A DNA stretch of 63,862 nucleotides, filler included, from Octopus bimaculoides (Eukaryota), in the NCBI RefSeq assembly GCF_001194135.2. It is 5 parts of 4 records of this genome, joined end to end, with 100 filler letters (N's around TTAATTAATTAA, not from the genome) between each part and the next. Parts side by side here need not be neighbours in the genome. Positions count along the whole stretch, not along the records: positions 51,409 to 63,862 come from NC_069000.1; 4 more parts are not named here. One strand, 5' to 3'. Under the pieces are notes generated by a model that was not told the DNA's origin, made no database searches, and saw only the letters and a program-made list of their open reading frames with translations. This document shows, piece after piece, positions 62,611 through 63,862 of the stretch. A program made the position numbers and the translations under genes. Position 1 is the stretch's first letter. The number at the start of each line of letters is the position of its first letter.

Positions 62611-63800
62611 GACTAGCGCCACTGAGGGTAATATTCTCTGGGAACGCAAAAATGCCCTTTTCAGAGTTATTAACTTTGAATTTTCATTATCTCATACCTG
62701 ATTAGCCTGTTATTACGTAACATGCTTCACGATTTTAGTATGCATACCTTATTAGCATTTCCTCCTAAGTTTTATATACTCTGGGAATGCATTAAAGCCC
62801 TTTTCGGGGCTACTTTATTTGAATTTTTAATATCGGGTAACTAATTTCATGTTATTACACAACTGACTCCACAATTTGGGTATTCATAATTTATTGGGAA
62901 TTGTGTAAGACAATTTGGTATTCTCAACAAATGCACAAAATCCTTTTAAAGGTTATATACTATTGTTGTTATTGGATTAGCGAAACAATTATGAGAACGA
63001 AACCAAGGTATAAACCCCGCTTTCCCGGGAATTACCGGGTACGTCAGCTAGTATNNNNNNNNNNNNNNNNNNNNNNNNNNNNNNNNNNNNNNNNNNNNNN
63101 NNNNNNNNNNNNNNNNNNNNNNNNNNNNNNNNNNNNNNNNNNNNNNNNNNNNNNNNNNNNNNNNNNNNNNNNNNNNNNNNNNNNNNNNNNNNNNNNNNNN
63201 NNNNNNNNNNNNNNNNNNNNNNNNNNNNNNNNNNNNNNNNNNNNNNNNNNNNNNGTTATGACGTGGGGAACATTTTTCTTATGACTTCTCATGTCGCGCC
63301 AATTATCGCTATTCAAATAACATCTGTATTCTTCTTATAAAGACAAAGTGACGTTGGGATATTTTGTGTTACTTTCAGCTATTTTAATTGGAAACACAAT
63401 GATATTTCTTACTAAAAAGACAAAAAAAAAAAGGGAAAAAATGTTTATGTCTTGAAGTGCAATAGTCGTAGCTTAAAAATTTTGGTCGTTGAACAAACTG
63501 GCATTACTCTCATTTGAGCGTAACTGAGAAAGGAAAGGAAATAATATGATGTATGAATCAGAAGTTATATGTATTTTGTGATATACCGCTTTGGTGATGC
63601 CTTACTATTTCTTTCAGTTATTATGTCTTAGTTGAAAATCTATATATTCTTTAAGTAACTTTCAATAAAAACGACTTGCTGTTACAGTTAATTACGTTTC
63701 TTTTCTCGCACAATAATATTAATGTAGTTAACATATGCTTTGCATACCACATTTTAGAAGCACACAGAGAAGCAAGATCTTTTAAATATCCAGAGAGAAG

Positions 63801-63862
<62 letters not shown>

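Noticed and set aside
4685-63862. Dozens of ORFs made of HT/CV/YI/poly-I/N/L/T repeats or X runs
   Set aside because: They are translations of (CA)n, (TA)n, (ATT)n, (ACT)n and (GA)n microsatellites or of N gaps, with no coding signal.

Overview
AT-rich, microsatellite-dense animal genomic DNA with many N gaps. The repeat families and repeat density suggest an octopus or other cephalopod draft assembly (inference). One host gene is supported: a minus-strand class C GPCR (Venus flytrap + 9-Cys domain + 7TM; CaSR/GPRC6A/mGluR-like). Three of its exons can be spliced exactly (22454-22239, 8786-8166, 7384-6288; all phase-1 junctions; 643 aa), and its 5' exons are not visible. The rest is mobile or repeat-derived: tRNA-derived SINEs of at least three families, (TAA)n-associated R4/Dong-type REL-endonuclease LINEs, a cluster of Penelope-like element (PLE) RT and GIY-YIG fragments, mariner remnants, MITEs, a telomere-like tract enclosed by inverted repeats, and two 28S rRNA 5' fragments. 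The strongest unannotated signal is a set of type I hammerhead ribozyme motifs from several different repeat families (31.4, 33.4, 39.3, 49.6, 51.7 and 62.6 kb). One has an intact core inside a 350-bp terminally redundant unit, and one lies downstream of a tRNA-type Pol III promoter at the 3' end of a PLE. Together they point to PLE/retrozyme-like self-cleaving RNA elements. Four 100-bp gaps carry an artificial TTAATTAATTAA spacer, so contiguity across them is not assured.
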